Positions 37,466 through 51,016 are shown, numbered from the whole stretch's first letter. The stretch is 63,014 bases of DNA, filler included, from Asterionella formosa (GCA_002256025.1; 13 parts of 13 records of this genome joined end to end with filler, not necessarily neighbours in it), one strand, 5' to 3'. Translations and numbers: made by a program. Notes: generated by a model from the letters alone, not told the origin.

Positions 37466-38220
37466 ACGCTTTAAAGCGAAGGATCTAAAGCATCCTCACA
37501 ATGACGGCTGATGCTCAGGCATCTGTACAAAAAAATTTCCCACGTTTGATGGACAAGAGTCAAAGTGGCACGTTTGGAAAGCAAAGTTTGTTGCGTACTC
37601 ATGCTGCAAGAATTTCGACGGTATCCTTCATGGTGAAGAGGTTTCACAAGGAGAGAAGGACTCAAAGGGAGCGAAGGTTGAGTTGATAGATGCTTTAAGA
37701 AAAACTCATTAGGCGTAATAACACTGTCGCATACGCCAGCCTGATTATGGTATGTCAAAATGGACCATTTGGTCAGGAGAACAGAGCAAGAAGCGTAGAG
37801 TCTCCCAATGGAAATGCACATGAAGCATGGGAGAAATCAGTCAGTACTTATGAGCCTGACAACATGGCGAGTGTGTTTGCACTGTCCAGTATGAGGACGA
37901 AGTCCACGCTCGGAGAAAACAAGAACCCTGACATCTGGTATGTTGAGCTTGATCGTATTCGAGAACGGTTGAATCACACTAACTCGCCGATTTCGGACTG
38001 TGCATTTGTGGCACACATGATCAACAATCTACCGGATTCCTACAAAAGTTTGATCGTGGGACGTTTTAGTATTGCGCGATCTGCGCTTAAAATCGAAGAA
38101 GAAGTCAAAGTGGACATAAGGGACTACTTCGACCTATATGCTTGCGACAACGGCAAGACTAACAAGAAAGGAGAACAAGCCTTTGTCTTAAATGTTCCTG
38201 CATTTCAACCCAAGTTTAGA
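37466..38220 (+). mobile_element. Copia gag remnant, truncated by a nested LTR element
   Basis: GNAHEAWEK..YEP..NPDIWYVELDRIRERL..FVAHMINNLPDSYKSL is homologous in pattern to the gags at 26753-27367 and 48259-48678. Confidence 0.85.
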
Positions 38221-39370
38221 TGTAGGGTTAAAGAAATTATATTGATTCAGCGTACTCAATCACACACTTCTTACAAGTAAAACATAAATGTATATCGCTA
38301 AAAGGACGAGCTTTCACCAATAGTGACAGAGGCCACTTGTTGAGTGTCAGTTGGTGCAGAGTGAGGTTGGTCCAGATTTTGGGGGAAACATAGTAACCAT
38401 CATCTTTCTTTTTAGTTCCCCGGCTGCCACCCTGAGTATTGATGATATTACAATCCCTTTCACTGCGACCAGTGAATTTTCTAGGTCAGCCACGAACCTG
38501 TCCTGAGCAGTAGCCCCGATGAAACTAAAATCTCGTTATGTATTGTGCTTAATTGTGGAAACGTTGATTTGACCCCATTAAATCTTTGACTTTGATGAAT
38601 GTCCGTTGCAAATCAGATTTGGCAAATGGATCGGTAAAGATAGCAATTTTGACTGGTTCCATTTTGGGGTTACTGAATCCCATCACGGGGCGCACCCATT
38701 TCTTCAAGATCAATATTCGCAGTGAGGTGGGTAGTACAGTATTGTTCAAGCGTGAAATTGGGTTTATCTTTCAACCAATACGCTGAGCAGAGACGTGCCT
38801 CTGCTTCATGTATACGCACATTTCTGGCATCAGGGCCTTCCTGTGTATCTAGGATTTCAAACCAGGCACGGTGACCATCACTGGTGGTGCGATATTCATC
38901 GACATAAGTTTCTCCACTTGTCCAGGATACTAGAAGTTAAAACAAGAACTAGTCATAGTTGTCGGAATTAAAGATTGGTCATTCCAAACACATGCCATGT
39001 TGTCTTGCTCACTGAGATGGTTGCCGATTGGACAAATGGTTTAATTGTCAGGGCATATGACATAGGTGAGTGGAACACTGGCCATACCGCGACGTTGGGC
39101 AATGTAAGCAAGGAATTCCCATTTCTTTTTACGCCAGTCAGCCAGTAGATTTGCCTTGACATGGTTCAGGCGCGCAAAGGTCCTTGGGTAGTGTCAGCCA
39201 GCCTTGTTGACTCTCATTGTTTGTTCCTCTGCAAGTGAGGAGAGTGTTAAGCGTTTCAAGGGTAAAGTCGGTTGGGTTGGCAAAACCAAGTTGTCCCAAA
39301 ATTGCCTGTTGCTCTTGTATCCAGGTTTTGAAAGCAAGGAGGTGTTTAAACTTGATAGCAGTGCGCCTGC
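38221..39370 (-). mobile_element. Second LTR element: degenerate CoDi-type gag, then PPT and a ~232-bp LTR (38221-38452)
   Basis: Minus-strand translation FLAYIAQRRGMASVPLTYVI..DGHRAWFEI..FTLEQYCTTHLTANIDL. GAAAGGGAT is followed by TGTAAT..CCCTACA. Confidence 0.7.
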
Positions 39371-39480
39371 AAATAAAAGCCATCATATTCCTATGATGCA
39401 TCATAGGATTATGATCATCTGATCATAATTTTTCGTTATATCATCTAATAATTTTGATTAATGCCCTCGTAAATTAAATA

Positions 39481-40094
39481 CCGTATAATTCATTGTCCTG
39501 GCCCCCTCAATATACAAAGCCGTGACTGAATTTGACAGATTTTACTTAACAAGGGGGGGGGGGGGAAAGGAAAGAATTACAAAAAAAAAATGGACCTACC
39601 CTAATTTTATCGCTTCTACAGGATGGAGCGCATTTTCTAATATGTATTGATACGACAACTATTTCTGTCCGGTGAAAAATGAGAGAGTTCTTCACCTTGC
39701 AAGAAAAACACGACTTCATGTTGCTACCGGCGATCTCAATTTTCGTTGTCATTATTAGTGTCAGTACTTTAATTCTTTCACCATTGTATTTTCTATGTCG
39801 TGCTTAATGTATGTGGCAAGCAGCAAAGCGTTCTTCTTAATTTTCATTTTCGCGGAGATAATTCGTATTTTCGTAATGGTCAAGGTTGCGACAATATGAT
39901 GACGGATTCTCCATCTGCTCACAACCACTACCTTCGCACTCTAGTGTTTTATATGTACAAAGCTAAATATTTATATACCAGTGCCTACGAGAAAAACAGA
40001 ATTACAGTACATTACTTTGTCTATCATGTCTAGAAAATTATTGGGTGTTTGGTGCCACCACGAAATAGCAACCTCAGTACTCTGAATTATGCGA
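39481..40094 (+). mobile_element. pogo/Tc2-like MITE copy (TA|CCGTATAATTCATTGTCCTGG..)
   Basis: Colinear with 59012-59638. The empty site is visible in the paralogous host sequence at ~46548 (ttaaata|gtaaccc). Confidence 0.9.
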
Positions 40095-42299
40095 TTGTAA
40101 CCCTTTGGACTATGTATTTTTAATTATTATATGTATTGTTTCTATTAGGTTCCTGTATTTAATTTTCTTGGCAGGATAATGTACCAGCTAAAGTAATGTA
40201 CTTTGGCTAGTCATCTTCATCAGTCCTCACTCCGATTTTTGCAACAACGACGAAATAAAACTAGCGATGATGAGTGGAATGATTGTTTGCGAAAACGTCT
40301 TCAATTGTTGGTCAAGTAATAATTATATCTTTGAGTTATCATTGTGTGCAGTGAACCTTTTGTTCATAATCATTCAATTAAGAGTTCCTTTGTTACAGAG
40401 AAGAAATCATACATAATCGGAATTGTTCAGCACACAGCGCACATAGTAAATCCATTCCACCAACCAGTATTACAATCTCGCCAATCAACTCATAAGCAAA
40501 CACATTCTACTTGTTCTCGTTGACATTTTCAATTCTCACATACTATATCTACAATTAATATTCAGCATAGAAGGAGATACGAAAATGTAAGAGACTGCTG
40601 CCCACATAGTTATAGTTCTAGAATGATTTCTGATTAGGACACTTTTTTCACATCGCTCATTTCCGCATTTCCGATGTTGTTCTTGTATTCACTGTTGAAC
40701 TTGTCTGCATCTTTGTTACCATCAATAGAGGGACAAGTGGCTCTCATCATTGTTGTTTTCTCCTGGAAAACCCGTTATTTGTGTCATCATCAATAGAGGG
40801 ACCGACGAGTGTTGCTCATCATTGTCATTGTGGTTTGCCACTGGAAAAATTGGTATCTGTATCATAATTCGCTCGTTGGAACTGTCGATTGCCTAAAAAC
40901 TGCTTAGCGTGTGTATATATGTACACTATCAACTTGTGTACTGCATTAAAGATCCGCGTTTCCCTTCAACTGTTTTAAATCATAGTCTTCTGGCCCTTTG
41001 ACAACTTCCCAAGTGGCATTTGATGGAAAGGATCAGTCAAACAAAAAACGTGACTCACTTCCGTCGTTTTACATTACATGAATTTATGTTTTCGGAAAAG
41101 AAGATGAAGAAACTTATGAAATCAATCGAAGATTCCTTTGAATTCACTCAAAGATCAGATGAATTTGAACAGATTCATAAAACTCCAGGAAAAATACTTA
41201 TGTATGCTGATTCAATAGTGGCGGAGATCGAAAAGAAGGAAAGATTGCTTCGAAGAGGAAACCCAAACAGTTGACCTTTGCTGATGAAGACTCTATTCCT
41301 AAAGAGTCACATCCTGTCTCGTATTTTTCTCGTTCTCCTGACATCGCTGATAATGATGAAGAACTCAGTGATATTCATTCATTTGATAAAAATGAACATC
41401 AAGAAAGCAGAAAATCTTTTGCATTTCTACAAAAAAGATATTCAAGAAGAAGTCTGCACTAGATCATCACATTGAATTCAAGAAGATCAATTCAGAAAGA
41501 GATGTGATGCTGGCTAAAGCATTTGATGCACTGAGTTGGGAACGAAATACAATAACCTGAATATACGTCTACAAATAAAAAACCATCATAATCCTATGAT
41601 GCATCATAGGATTATGATCACCGGATCATAATTTTTTGATAATGGAAGAAAAGGAATTTCTGTGTAGAGTCATTGAGAACAATCCCGAAGGCGGCTATTT
41701 TTGTGAAGGGTCGGCATGTGAAATGTGTAGAGTTATTATGCCAAAGCAAACTGCATTTTCCTTGAGTATGCCGAAAACGCATGGACAACTAAAATTGTGG
41801 ATAGAATTGTACACACGTACCCCACAAGAAATATGCAAATCACGCCTCATTTTATGGAGTCAAAGGTATCAAATAATCATCTTCAGATTTTAAAAATCTT
41901 CAATATTAAGAACTTGAAACAATTACCTCTATGATCCATTATATAGCTAATTCATGAACGCACTTCATCCAACTGATGTAAAGGCTATACTACATTTGAT
42001 CTGGGTGAGAACCCAGACATGGTTGATGACAATCAGTAAGTATACCAAGGTGATTGTGATACACTTCATCATGACAGTAACTATGTGCTTATTGTTTATT
42101 GCAAAAGATACAATAGGGAGGGATACATGTGAATGTGTACTGGATGAGAATTAAATACCAAGGACTGGAATATTTGGGCGATAGCGAACATGGTTACAAC
42201 TAGATTGCAGCTGATTGTCATACTTGTTTGATCCTAGTTGGCAAAGAAGTCATGTCGGCACCATGTGAAAGTGACAAAAAGCCAGTTTGCATCGGCTTG

Positions 42300-42735
42300 C
42301 GATGTTACTGACATGTCGTCGCCCGCTGCCAGATTTATTGGAGATGCAAGTGATGGAGGCAAGAAAGCGTTCCAAGCTCTTCTCAAAGAAGGAATAAATG
42401 TCGATATTAAAGACTGGGACGAACTGAATGCCTTCGCTCCAGCTGCCTCTTCCAGATTCTTGGAAATTGTCAAGCTTTTGCAAAAGTAGAGGGCAGATAT
42501 CAAGAACGCATCTGACAGGGATGGTATAACTGCATTGATGGAAGCTGGCGTTATGGGACTTACAAAAGTTGCAGCAAGAAAGCCAAACTGTTCAAATAGA
42601 AGAAGCAACGCATGAATAAGTACTATGCCAATGCATTCTTCAAGACCGGTTTCAATGCGTTTTGATTATTGGCTGCTGCTGCCGCTCATGGACATAATGC
42701 CACAGTAGAGTACTTGATTGATGCAGGACCTGTCA
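42300..42735 (+). pseudogene. Ankyrin-repeat gene fragment
   Basis: LLKEGINVDIKDWD..AASSRFLEIVKLL..DRDGITALMEA..AAAHGHNATVEYLIDAG, with stops and frameshifts. Confidence 0.75.
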
Positions 42736-43553
42736 TCCACAAGCACTGATCATTTTGATGTAGTATATGATTCTGAAAAGCAGGCAAATAAATAAAGCTA
42801 CCATGTCAATGCTATTATAAGAAATTATTAAGCTATCTCCCTAGGTTAAAACAGTTTAGGAAAACAGAAGAGAGTTTATCCAAATTCTAGAATACTGATA
42901 TACAAATGCATAGTGATAGTAATTTTTGGTAAGTTGCACTAGATAAGTGTAGTACTAGCTGCGTAAGAATAAGGAATTGACAGGAAAGGCAGATGCTAAG
43001 ATTTTAAAAACTACATAGTCAACTTTTCCATCTTCGATGCTCCTCCCCAATGTCTCAACTGCTTTGCCTTCTTGTTTTGTTCTTGCAGCATTTTACCAAA
43101 GCAGTAGAAGCGGTCATCATTTAATGAGTCGGCCACTATTGCTGCCTTCCTTCATGATCATGTGAAAATGTGAAGTATACCCAACTGGTAAGACTTCATT
43201 TTACAATACACATGCAACTATATACACTCTAGTGCCATTCCTATTCGCTAAAAAAATTGGGAGCGAGATTTCACTATTTTAGGATTTGGTCGATGTAGTG
43301 GGGAAAAATATGAAATTTTCGACTACTGATTTAAATAATCCTCTACCAAGTCACGTGTTTTGATACTTTCAACTACAATTGGCTTTGGTATTTGGTCGAT
43401 GTGGTGGATGCTCTTACCGGTAGTCTACACATTTGCTAATTACTTACCCATGTATACCGGTACTCCGTGGTCATATCACCAGTTTACACTCACTGTATAT
43501 CATACTGATCATTTCATTGTCCCTGGTACCGATACCAGGTACCTGGTACCTCG

Positions 43554-46371
43554 TGAAGTATCTAACTAGAAGTAGTAGTATTTATTGAATATATGAGCTT
43601 ATAAATTAATCCTTATGTACAACTCATTTCCTGAACTGTCATCAAAGTATAGAATGGATGTTAGTCGGGTTCTCTCATTATTGAATTCCGATGTATTTGA
43701 TATAACCCTAACTCTATATATATCTGTATCGATGTGCAGGATTGCTCACTCTCCCACACTTGAGGGAAACCTTTTACCTATGAAAAGGTTTGATACGACG
43801 AATATTAATTCGTTCGGTAATGTGCATAGTGCGTTGGAAAGTAACTGTCCCATTGGCATGTACTTGAATAATAGTATAAGGACCTCGTCCACGATCATCC
43901 AAAGTAGTAGGATTATCCAATAATATTAAAATCTCGTCACCCACCTTGTAATCATAAGATCGACGACGGAAATTAGCACGACGTAAACGTTTGTCAATTA
44001 TCACTTGTCGACGTTGATGTATTAATTGTAAATCTGTAATCAAAGGAATATTTAATATCATATCACGTTGAAAAACCCATGCTCCTGGTGAAATACGTAA
44101 TATACTATGAATAGTAGTAGCTCGAGCTGCATATGACGCAGCTGCAAAACATGTATCCACAATATTTTGGGCTTGAAATTCATTGATTGGAGGATGAGCC
44201 TTTACCATAACTTGTAGACTATTGCTGATAGATTGATGTAAACGTTCACAGATAGCATTTGCTTGTGGATTCTTTACTGTAGTAGTCACATCTTTAATTC
44301 CATTCAATATTAACATGTGCAAGAAAGGAACAACAGTAAATTCACCTCCATCGTCATGTATACAACGTTTGGGACGGGGATATCTGGCTAACCAATCATT
44401 TTCAAATTTCATCGCAATATATTCTGATGTTTTGTTGTTGATACGCGAAATTTCTGCTAAATTGGTGACTGTGTCAATACAAGTTAGAGCACGAAATTCA
44501 ATCGCTTGAGAAGCCACTGTTATCTTCCATCGACCAATTAGATCTACTGCGACTTCTGACCATGGTAATAACAATGCATTCCTGGGAGGAAGTTCACCAA
44601 AACCAGTACCAGGTAATTTTGTACGTTGACATGCTTCACATATGCTTACAATATGTTCCACTTTTGCTTTTAATGTAGGGTGATAAATATGTGTAGCAAT
44701 TGTAGCATTTAACCTTACATATTAATCAATGCTCGGACCTTTTTAGACCAAGGTTTCAGTCCATTAGGAGTTAACCAATAGCCTAACCAATCTGTCTCTT
44801 GGACGGCCCATTCACACTTAGATGGATTAATTGTAAAACCATTTGTCTGTAAACGATATAAAATAGTGTCCAATAAATGAAGGTGATCTGAAAAATTCAT
44901 TGAAAAACAACCCACATCATCAATATAAATTTCCACATCATCTAAATCACTAAGGATCTGTTCCATAGTTTCTTGTGCAATGTCAGATGATTGTTTCACC
45001 CCCAGAGGGAGGCGTAAATATTTATATAAACCAAATGGAGTTGAAATAACACACAATTTTTGACTCTCCTCATCCAATGCAAAAGTATAGTATTGCATGG
45101 AAACATCCAATTTGTTGAAAAATACATATCCAGCACGTTTAGTGAGAATAGTTTGTATTCGAGGCAAAGGATATATTGCGATTGATGACTTTATTAAGTT
45201 CACGAAAATCTGATACCCATCGGACACTTCCATCCTTTTTTGGAATAACAAAAGTGGGAGATGCCCATTTAGAAGCACCACATTTTTGGAGGACTCCAAT
45301 ATCACATAATCGTTGTAATTCCGTTTTGAAAACTTTTAAATGAATATGAGCGACCGGATATGCTCGTTGATGACGAGGAACAGCATTTGATAATAATTCC
45401 AAATGTAACTGTTTATGAGGATAGACTTTTAATTTGCCATCAAATAATGTTTGATATTTAACCAATATAGTTCGTAAACATGATCGTTGTATTGTTGTCA
45501 AATGTATCTGTTTATCCACCACTGTATCAATATTTACGTAATTATATTCAGCAGCTTTAATTTCCAGCGCATATGAAGATTCCACAATCATAGGTGCATT
45601 GAAATATAATAATATATCTCGTAAACGTTCTTTATCATCAAAGAATGTGAGAGGATGCATAGGAACAATCATATCCATACAGGACATGGTGTTATTTACG
45701 AAGTCAATGGTGAAACCAATTTGACGTAGGAAATCACGTCCTAAATAACATCAAATGTGCATTGACCATTAAAGACTTGACACTTTTGTTGTATAATATG
45801 AGCGGATCGATTAAATTCCGGTAAAATCAGGTCATATAGCTTGACACTGGCATGAGATGAATAAGTACCAGCTATGGTATGTATTAATTGGGAAGTCTCG
45901 TCAGACAAAAAAATACCTTGAGGCATAACCCGTTCATGTATTAAGGATAACGATCCTCCACTATCGAATAATACTCGTAGTATTTGATGTATCGGTATAT
46001 TATCCACCAATCTTGGCGCTAAAAGGGACATCGGAATCAAATCAATTGATGTTAATATATCCTTAGAAGTAAAACGGGAAACCGGAATTGGGCCCTGATA
46101 TGTATATGGAACATCATGTCCATCAATACAGTTATATATATCCCGCGTAACATTAACCGCGGTATCCATAGTGTATTCAACCTGTAAATAAACAATATTA
46201 TTCAGGTGATGACTAACGTGAGATATACTCAACGAGTCATTATAAACAGCATCGCTATTATCGCACATACCTCTGTAATGGCGATCAGCAATCTGCTGTT
46301 GTATAGTAGGGACAAAAGTCACTATCTGGCCAGCAGGAGGGTTCGTGACCACTGAAATTTCCTGGGCAGAT
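43554..46371 (-). mobile_element. Ty3/Gypsy retrotransposon (protease, RT, integrase, PPT, 195-bp 3' LTR at 43554-43748); frameshifted, RNase H missing
   Basis: LFDSGG; WASPTFVIPKKDGSVRWVSDFRELNK; YIDD; integrase CEACQ..VAVDLIG..HDDGGEF..NPQANAICER. PPT GTGGGAGAG then TGAG..TTCA. Confidence 0.96.
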
Positions 46372-46471
46372 NNNNNNNNNNNNNNNNNNNNNNNNNNNNN
46401 NNNNNNNNNNNNNNNTTAATTAATTAANNNNNNNNNNNNNNNNNNNNNNNNNNNNNNNNNNNNNNNNNNNN

Positions 46472-47100
46472 TAGGATTATGATCATCTGATCATAATTTT
46501 TCGTTATATCATCTAATAATTGTGATAAATGCCCTCGTAATTTAAATAGTAACCCTTTTGACTATGGAAATTTAATTATTATATGTATTGTTTCTTTTAG
46601 GTTCCTTTATTTAAATTTCTTGGTAGGAGAATGTACCAGTGAAAGTAATGTGGTTTGGCTCATCATCCTCTCCAGTCCTCACTCTGATTCTTGCAACAAC
46701 GACAAAGCAGCCATGTCGAGAGGAACGAGATTTTGTGATAAAATCTTCATTTGTCGTTCAAGTCATCATATGTCTTCGATGAATCATCATCTACATTGCA
46801 CAGTATGTTCGTACTATGCAATCCGTTAAGAGCTTGAAAAGAAATCCAATGAAAACGAAATGGCTCATCACACAAGACGAATATTTCCGGTTTGTCACCA
46901 GAGCATCGGTCAGTGTTACAACCTCAATCATAGCTAGTAAACAACATCCATTATAGAACAGCACAATCTACTTCTCCGTAACATCGTCTCTCTAACAAGA
47001 ACGTAATACATCTACAATTGAAACGCAGCATAGCAGGCGATATGCACAAAGAAGCATTAGACTGCCTGTGCCGTCTATTTATAGTAAGAGAGTGATTCTG
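46472..47100 (+). repeat. Paralog of 39403-39480 plus 40096-40620 (palindrome-ended element) lacking the MITE
   Basis: Colinear similarity such as taggattatgatcatctgatcataatttttcgttatatcatctaata..cagtcctcactc.gatt.ttgcaacaacgac. Confidence 0.85.
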
Positions 47101-47986
47101 GTTTCGTAATTTTCATGTCTCATTAGATTTTCTTTGTCATCGTACTAGTTGCTTCCTTACCTTTGAAGACAGGAGCGTAGCTATTCTTTGATGTATCTGG
47201 AATATTTCAATGGATGGCAGCAGTTGTATTTAGACACAAACCTCGACAAAAGCACTAGTACCTTGTCGATGTTCATGAAAAGCGAGACACTTTGCTTGGC
47301 CTATCGCCCACCAGCCAGTCTATACTGCAAAAATGCAAGAAGCAAGCACAATTTGAATGCCCATTTATGGATTCAAGTTTCAGTAGTGCAACAATGTAAA
47401 ATATTAGAAACCGGAAGTCACATTTCATCTAATTACGGTTTTCATTAGCTATACTAGTATTGATTGAGAGGAAGCAATGGTAGAATGGCTGCCAAACGGG
47501 CGGGGGCAAACACAGAGAATCCTACTAATTTTTCTTCCCAATGATCCCAGTCCCTTCTTGAATGTCACTTGCTACAGAAAATGTAGAACAGCCGCCATGA
47601 TCTGTTGATTGTTGCTTTATGGTGCCACTGACCAAAACCTCTAGAAATCTCAATGAGTTGCTTGTTTCTTGACTTGAATGCAAAAGGGGTCGAAACCAGT
47701 GGAAAAATCAAAACAAGGGAACTAAAAATGCTCTGCAAACATCATCAGGACAATTGTGAAAGAGAAATGAAGGTTCTTGGGAGGAGAAGTAAAGGGATAA
47801 TTGCTTCTGGTCTCCTTGCGGGAACAAGAATAGATTGACCCAAACAATGTTGACAAATAGGTACCTACGGGAAAAGGAAGCAATGCNNNNNNNNNNNNNN
47901 NNNNNNNNNNNNNNNNNNNNNNNNNNNNNNTTAATTAATTAANNNNNNNNNNNNNNNNNNNNNNNNNNNNNNNNNNNNNNNNNNNN

Positions 47987-49401
47987 ATTGATAGAAAAAG
48001 TAATCTGAAGTAATCACAACATTGAAAGGGGTTAATCTGAAAGTAGATTAAAGTGTTGTCGAAAACTAGCTAGTGGAGAACTAGTAGTACTGGACACTAG
48101 TTGTGTAAGTACTATCAAGTAGATCTGGAACATCTCAACACGTTTTTAAAAACAATTGCTTGTGGAAGTTAAGGTCACAAAGACAAGAAGTGATTGTGCA
48201 AAGGATGAGTGAAGCAAGTTGGTCAGAGAAAGAAGATTTGACAAAAGAAGAGATGTAGTTGGTGAGACAAGATGATGAAGCAAAGCATTTTCTTATTTTG
48301 TCATGCAGAGGTGACGCTTTTGCAATCATTGAATCATATGAAACAGCATACCAAATGTTTCAAGCTCTCAAGGACCGGTACAACTCAAAGAAGACAAAAG
48401 ATTTGGAAAAAGCAACAACCAAGCTTGAAAAGTGTTACATGAAATCAGACATAGATGATCCCTACCTTTGGATTGTCGAAATGGAACGATTGAACAGAGA
48501 AGTGGAAAAGTGCGAAAATGGATCAAGACGCAGTGAAGAGCAAATGCAAGCAACTATATTAGCAAGACTACCAAAACGAAGATATGAATCAGTGATTTCA
48601 TCTCTAAATGGAAAGATTGGTACAAAAGGATTTGACAATAAGGACTTCATTGCTGAGATCATTGGCTGGCCATTATGAGATGTTTGCGGAGCCATTCAAA
48701 AATCGTCAAAATCGCGAAAATCAAGATCAAAGAGAGAACAAGGAAAGAGGAAAGCATCTGGCTCTGAATACTACAAGTGGAAAAGGTGCCTGGAGAACTT
48801 TAAAGGTAAATGCAACAAGTGTGGAAGACAAGGCCACAGAGCAAGAGACTGCAGAAGCAATGGCAACAGCAACAACAGTGGAGAGAAAGACATTGAAAAA
48901 CCGAAGGTGAAGTGCTACAGTTACGGCGGATTTGGTCACATTGCAAGAGATTGTCCAAAGAAGGAAGAGTCTGGTATGTTTGTTGGTATGACAATCCGTG
49001 GAGCTGATATCCGGGAGGATGATGTCAAGAAGAATCAAGATGCTAAATCAGAGTATTTTGACACAAATAAATTTGCAATTGAACTTTTGCAAGAAATTGC
49101 AGACTACAACAGGAAGAAGAGAAGTGTCTTGAAAGACATAAGAGAAATTAAGTGGAAACCAAGAAAATACAACAAGTTCCAACAAGTGATAAGCCAAAAG
49201 AAGAAAGTAGAGAAAAAGACCATGAGCTGGGCTGACATGTGTGAGACAAGTGATGAGGAAGAATACGACGAGAACAGAGAAATTGTTGATGAGAAAGAAA
49301 TTATTTAACAGATGGAAAAAACAAGCCATGGAGCAGAATGGGTGTGGGATGAGGACGTTTTTGTTACAAATTCATTGAAAACCATGAGCCCTGTCACAGA
49401 G
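47987..49401 (+). mobile_element. Copia 5' part: probable LTR end (~48140), leader and frameshifted gag
   Basis: AYQMFQALKDRY..DDPYLWIVEMERLN..ILARLP; knuckles CNKCGRQGHRARDC and CYSYGGFGHIARDC. Confidence 0.9.
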
Positions 49402-50664
49402 NNNNNNNNNNNNNNNNNNNNNNNNNNNNNNNNNNNNNNNNNNNNTTAATTAATTAANNNNNNNNNNNNNNNNNNNNNNNNNNNNNNNNNNNNNNNNNNN
49501 NTATCCCAATCCAATGGTTATTTGTCTAATCTTTGCACTTGGAATGTATTTATGTCAATTCAATGCAGCTGTTGAAAATATTAGTTGTTTAAAGGCCATC
49601 ACCAAGACAAGAGATTTTGTCCCTTTTTTAACAGGTTTTGAGGATGAGCAGTGATGATGAGCTTCTCGATCCTTGGATGGCAAGAGTATACTCTGCAGTA
49701 GTAGACAAAATGGTTGTAAATTATGGTAACAATCAGCATTATATATGCCACCATCCTTCAGTGGAGACTGTTGACATTGCTGATGTTACTCCTTTGCAAG
49801 GAGGAAAAGCATTTATCCATGGGATTCTAGAGCACTGGTAATAGTTAAGAGGAATAGTGTATGATTTTATGCAGTTACAATGTCCAAATGAATTATTGCT
49901 GTTCCATTTTTAATCCAAACACAGTTCCAGTACATTACCTTATACTCCCTCACAAAATATACCTACTAGTACATGCCGTATGTACACTGGTGAGACATGT
50001 ATCATCGTGGTACCAGGTACCAGGTCCAATACCAGCTTATCGCTCTCGGTGTGAGTGATATGCTGATGATGTGATGCTCGATTTCGACATCAAGCATTAC
50101 ATCCAAGCTGATTCTGGATTCCGTTTCTCCATATTCTCGTGTGTAGAATTTGTCGTATGTAGATGGCTGGTACAAACGGAACACACCGACCTCAGTGTCC
50201 GGTAAAATGGTTGTGCAACTCATCATGTATATACACACACATTGTTTTCTTTTTTATACATACCTGGTAGCCAACCAGACCATACCGGTTGATGATGGAT
50301 AGTATGCTGGACTAAAATCAGATGAAGTATACTTACATTGATATATCATATATATTTTATGAAGATGTAATGGAATTTATTTGTAAAATGATATATATTT
50401 GTATACGATAGATGTATATGATACTGGCATACGACCTGCATATCGAACCTGTTGCATAGTTGGTTAGTATGGTAGTCCACCGTAGTACCGTATGTAATAA
50501 GCAAGTTTCCGTACTCCTACCATCAGTACGTCCTGGTACCTGGTACAGTAATGCATTAGAAACATAGAATCATGTACCGGTACCAAAGACAGAAAAGGTT
50601 CTTAGACTACCGTACTGGTTCAAGGTACCTGGTACCAGTCAGGTACCTGGTACCAGGTACCAGG

Positions 50665-50861
50665 TGAGCGATCTTGCGCATCAATACAGATGTATATAGG
50701 GTTAGTGTTATATCATATATGAATAAGAACTCAATAATGAGAGAACTCGACTAACCCTCATCGTATACTTTGGTGTCGACTTGGAGAACGAGTTACACAC
50801 AAGGATTAACAAATAAGCTCATATATTCAACAAATACTACTACTTCTAGTTAGATACTTCA
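50665..50861 (+). mobile_element. Gypsy LTR (197 bp, TGAG..TTCA), same family as 43554-43748
   Basis: Reverse-complement match. No TSD is seen, so it is possibly a 5' LTR followed by leader up to the gap. Confidence 0.9.
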
Positions 50862-51016
50862 CTTTGAATTCAAAAAGAGTCCAATTAGAATTAATATTGT
50901 TGATGTCCTCTCAAGTNNNNNNNNNNNNNNNNNNNNNNNNNNNNNNNNNNNNNNNNNNNNTTAATTAATTAANNNNNNNNNNNNNNNNNNNNNNNNNNNN
51001 NNNNNNNNNNNNNNNN

